Both the position numbers and the translations under genes were made by a program. DNA of 63,981 nucleotides, counting the filler, from Octopus bimaculoides (taxonomy: Eukaryota): the NCBI RefSeq assembly GCF_001194135.2. It is 8 parts of 7 records of this genome, joined end to end, with 100 filler letters (N's around TTAATTAATTAA, not from the genome) between each part and the next. Parts side by side here need not be neighbours in the genome. Positions count along the whole stretch, not along the records: positions 60,393 to 63,981 come from NC_068989.1; 7 more parts are not named here. The stretch is one strand, 5' to 3'. The notes under the pieces were generated by a model. That model was given only the letters and a program-made list of their open reading frames with translations. It was not told where the DNA came from and made no database searches. Each line of letters starts with the position of its first letter. Position 1 is the stretch's first letter. Positions 61,858 to 63,981 of the stretch are shown in pieces.

Positions 61858-63981
61858 ACTTTCTTATTCTCGAGCGTTAAACTAATACATCCTTTTGTTG
61901 TTTACACCACCTGTCCTCGTCTGTTGTTGTTTTTTTCGNNNNNNNNNNNNNNNNNNNNNNNNNNNNNNNNNNNNNNNNNNNNNNNNNNNNNNNNNNNNNN
62001 NNNNNNNNNNNNNNNNNNNNNNNNNNNNNNNNNNNNNNNNNNNNNNNNNNNNNNNNNNNNNNNNNNNNNNNNNNNNNNNNNNNNNNNNNNNNNNNNNNNN
62101 NNNNNNNNNNNNNNNNNNNNNNNNNNNNNNNNNNNNNNNNNNNNNNNNNNNNNNNNNNNNNNNNNNNNNNNNNNNNNNNNNNNNNNNNNNNNNNNNNNNN
62201 NNNNNNNNNNNNNNNNNNNNNNNNNNNNNNNNNNNNNNNNNNNNNNNNNNNNNNNNNNNNNNNNNNNNNNNNNNNNNNNNNNNNNNNNNNNNNNNNNNNN
62301 NNNNNNNNNNNNNNNNNNNNNNNNNNNNNNNNNNNNNNNNNNNNNNNNNNNNNNNNNNNNNNNNNNNNNNNNNNNNNNNNNNNNNNNNNNNNNNNNNNNN
62401 NNNNNNNNNNNNNNNNNNNNNNNNNNNNNNNNNNNNNNNNNNNNNNNNNNNNNNNNNNNNNNNNNNNNNNNNNNNNNNNNNNNNNNNNNNNNNNNNNNNN
62501 NNNNNNNNNNNNNNNNNNNNNNNNNNNNNNNNNNNNNNNNNNNNNNNNNNNNNNNNNNNNNNNNNNNNNNNNNNNNNNNNNNNNNNNNNNNNNNNNNNNN
62601 NNNNNNNNNNNNNACGAAGTTTGAAAGTCTTTCGGTACAAAAAGCACTACGTAAAACATTAATGAAAAATGTGGCCCCCGTTTTAAAAAAGATCCATATA
62701 TATACACACACACAAGAGTTTCGGACTGGAGTATGGAAAACCGGGCTACATATGTTTCACAGTGAGTGGAACCTCGGAAGGGGTAAACTCCATGTGAGGT
62801 GTACACCGCCGGTTACTCTTTAGACCAAGGATATTTTGATTAGATTAAAGGCTACATTATCACAAGGAGGTATATGTTGACGCAAAGAGGATCCAATGAG
62901 AATGTGTGGAGGGTGCAGTATGTGAGTGTTGTATAAATGTGAGGAGAAAGCTAACTTTCTATTTACACCTCGATCTCTGGATCTTACGTTTATATATATA
63001 TTAAACGTATATGAACCCTAAACGATAGCAAAATTCCCAAACCAAATCAAATTGAATGTCTTCACAATAACTTACTATCGACCATGAAGTATGACAAACG
63101 GAAGTATTGCGCCAGCAGATATTGAAAAATGATGAAAGAAAAAGCATGAATTTCATATATCTAATACGTTATGAGCGTCCAAATTTTGTGGTTATGAAAA
63201 CTAAATAAAAGGTGACAATTTATAGGGTTGCAAAGTTCACGGAGTACGAAAATCGGACAAATGAACAAATGTAACTCAAGTACTAACCGAATAAAATACA
63301 ACGAATGAAAATGCTTCAGAAATAACAGTCATTAACGATTTGGGCATCCCTCTTATATGTATGTATGCATGTATGTATGTATGTATGTATGTATGTCCAT
63401 TTGCGACTGAAGAAGACCATTACTGAGTAAAGGCATTACTGAGCACACATACTTGTAGGTACCTGTAGGTACGAGTATGTATGTATAGACGTAAGCCATG
63501 AAGTTAAGTGCGGGAGAGATCGGTATGCAATCTTCTCATACTGCAATTGATTGAAGGTGTGTTGAGTTGACGTCCAAAGCTTTGCTATCCAAATTGCGTC
63601 ACGAAGAGGAGAAAGTGAGTTTCAAGCAGTCGAAGATGCGAGGTATTGTGGTGAATAACAAATGTGCAAAGGTCGGATCCTGCATATGTGGATACTTGTA
63701 AAGAAATATACAACGCTGGTACAGATGACGCTCTATTGGTGAGGCAACGGCTAGACGTAAAAACATTCCAGGGATAGCTAAGAGCATATAGGCTAACCAA
63801 CTAGTTGGCAGTTTTGCACAGACAGGTACTCATGTACCTACGTGTATGTATGTGTAATGCGCATATGTATGAATTGTATGGCAATAAGTGCATGTCTTCG
63901 CATGTAAGTGCGTGAGTGCCCACAGACATGTTTAAGTATGTTTATGTGTGCGTATATACACGTTCATGTATGTATGCTTAT

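Noticed and set aside
7140-62823. Dozens of long ORFs rich in CV, YI, HT, poly-L/S/R or X
   Set aside because: Translations of microsatellites and N gaps

Overview
Repeat-saturated, AT-rich eukaryotic draft-assembly window with many N gaps. The microsatellite density and tRNA-derived SINE families fit an octopus or other coleoid cephalopod genome (inference). There is no rRNA, CRISPR array, convincing tRNA or identifiable host protein-coding gene, and almost all listed ORFs are microsatellite, gap or antisense-to-repeat artefacts. Supportable content: at least 5 short interspersed repeat families, RTE-clade LINE fragments (RT, endonuclease, linker and three 3' ends, one with an intact triple C2H2 zinc-finger ORF, one BovB-like), R4/Dong-like fragments, several mariner derivatives, a maT-like transposase remnant, two hAT MITEs with TSDs, a Helitron-like 3' end and Penelope-type repeats carrying hammerhead-ribozyme cores. 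The strongest hidden structure is a CpG-decay mosaic. Copies of the same SINE have lost CpGs in about 1-7 kb and 29-48.7 kb but kept them in about 7-28.7 kb and 49-64 kb. This implies methylated gene bodies whose exons I can only tentatively locate, bounded at about 49.1 kb by a CpG-rich promoter-like segment. Repeat boundaries are approximate (about +/-20 bp) and the family labels A-E are mine.
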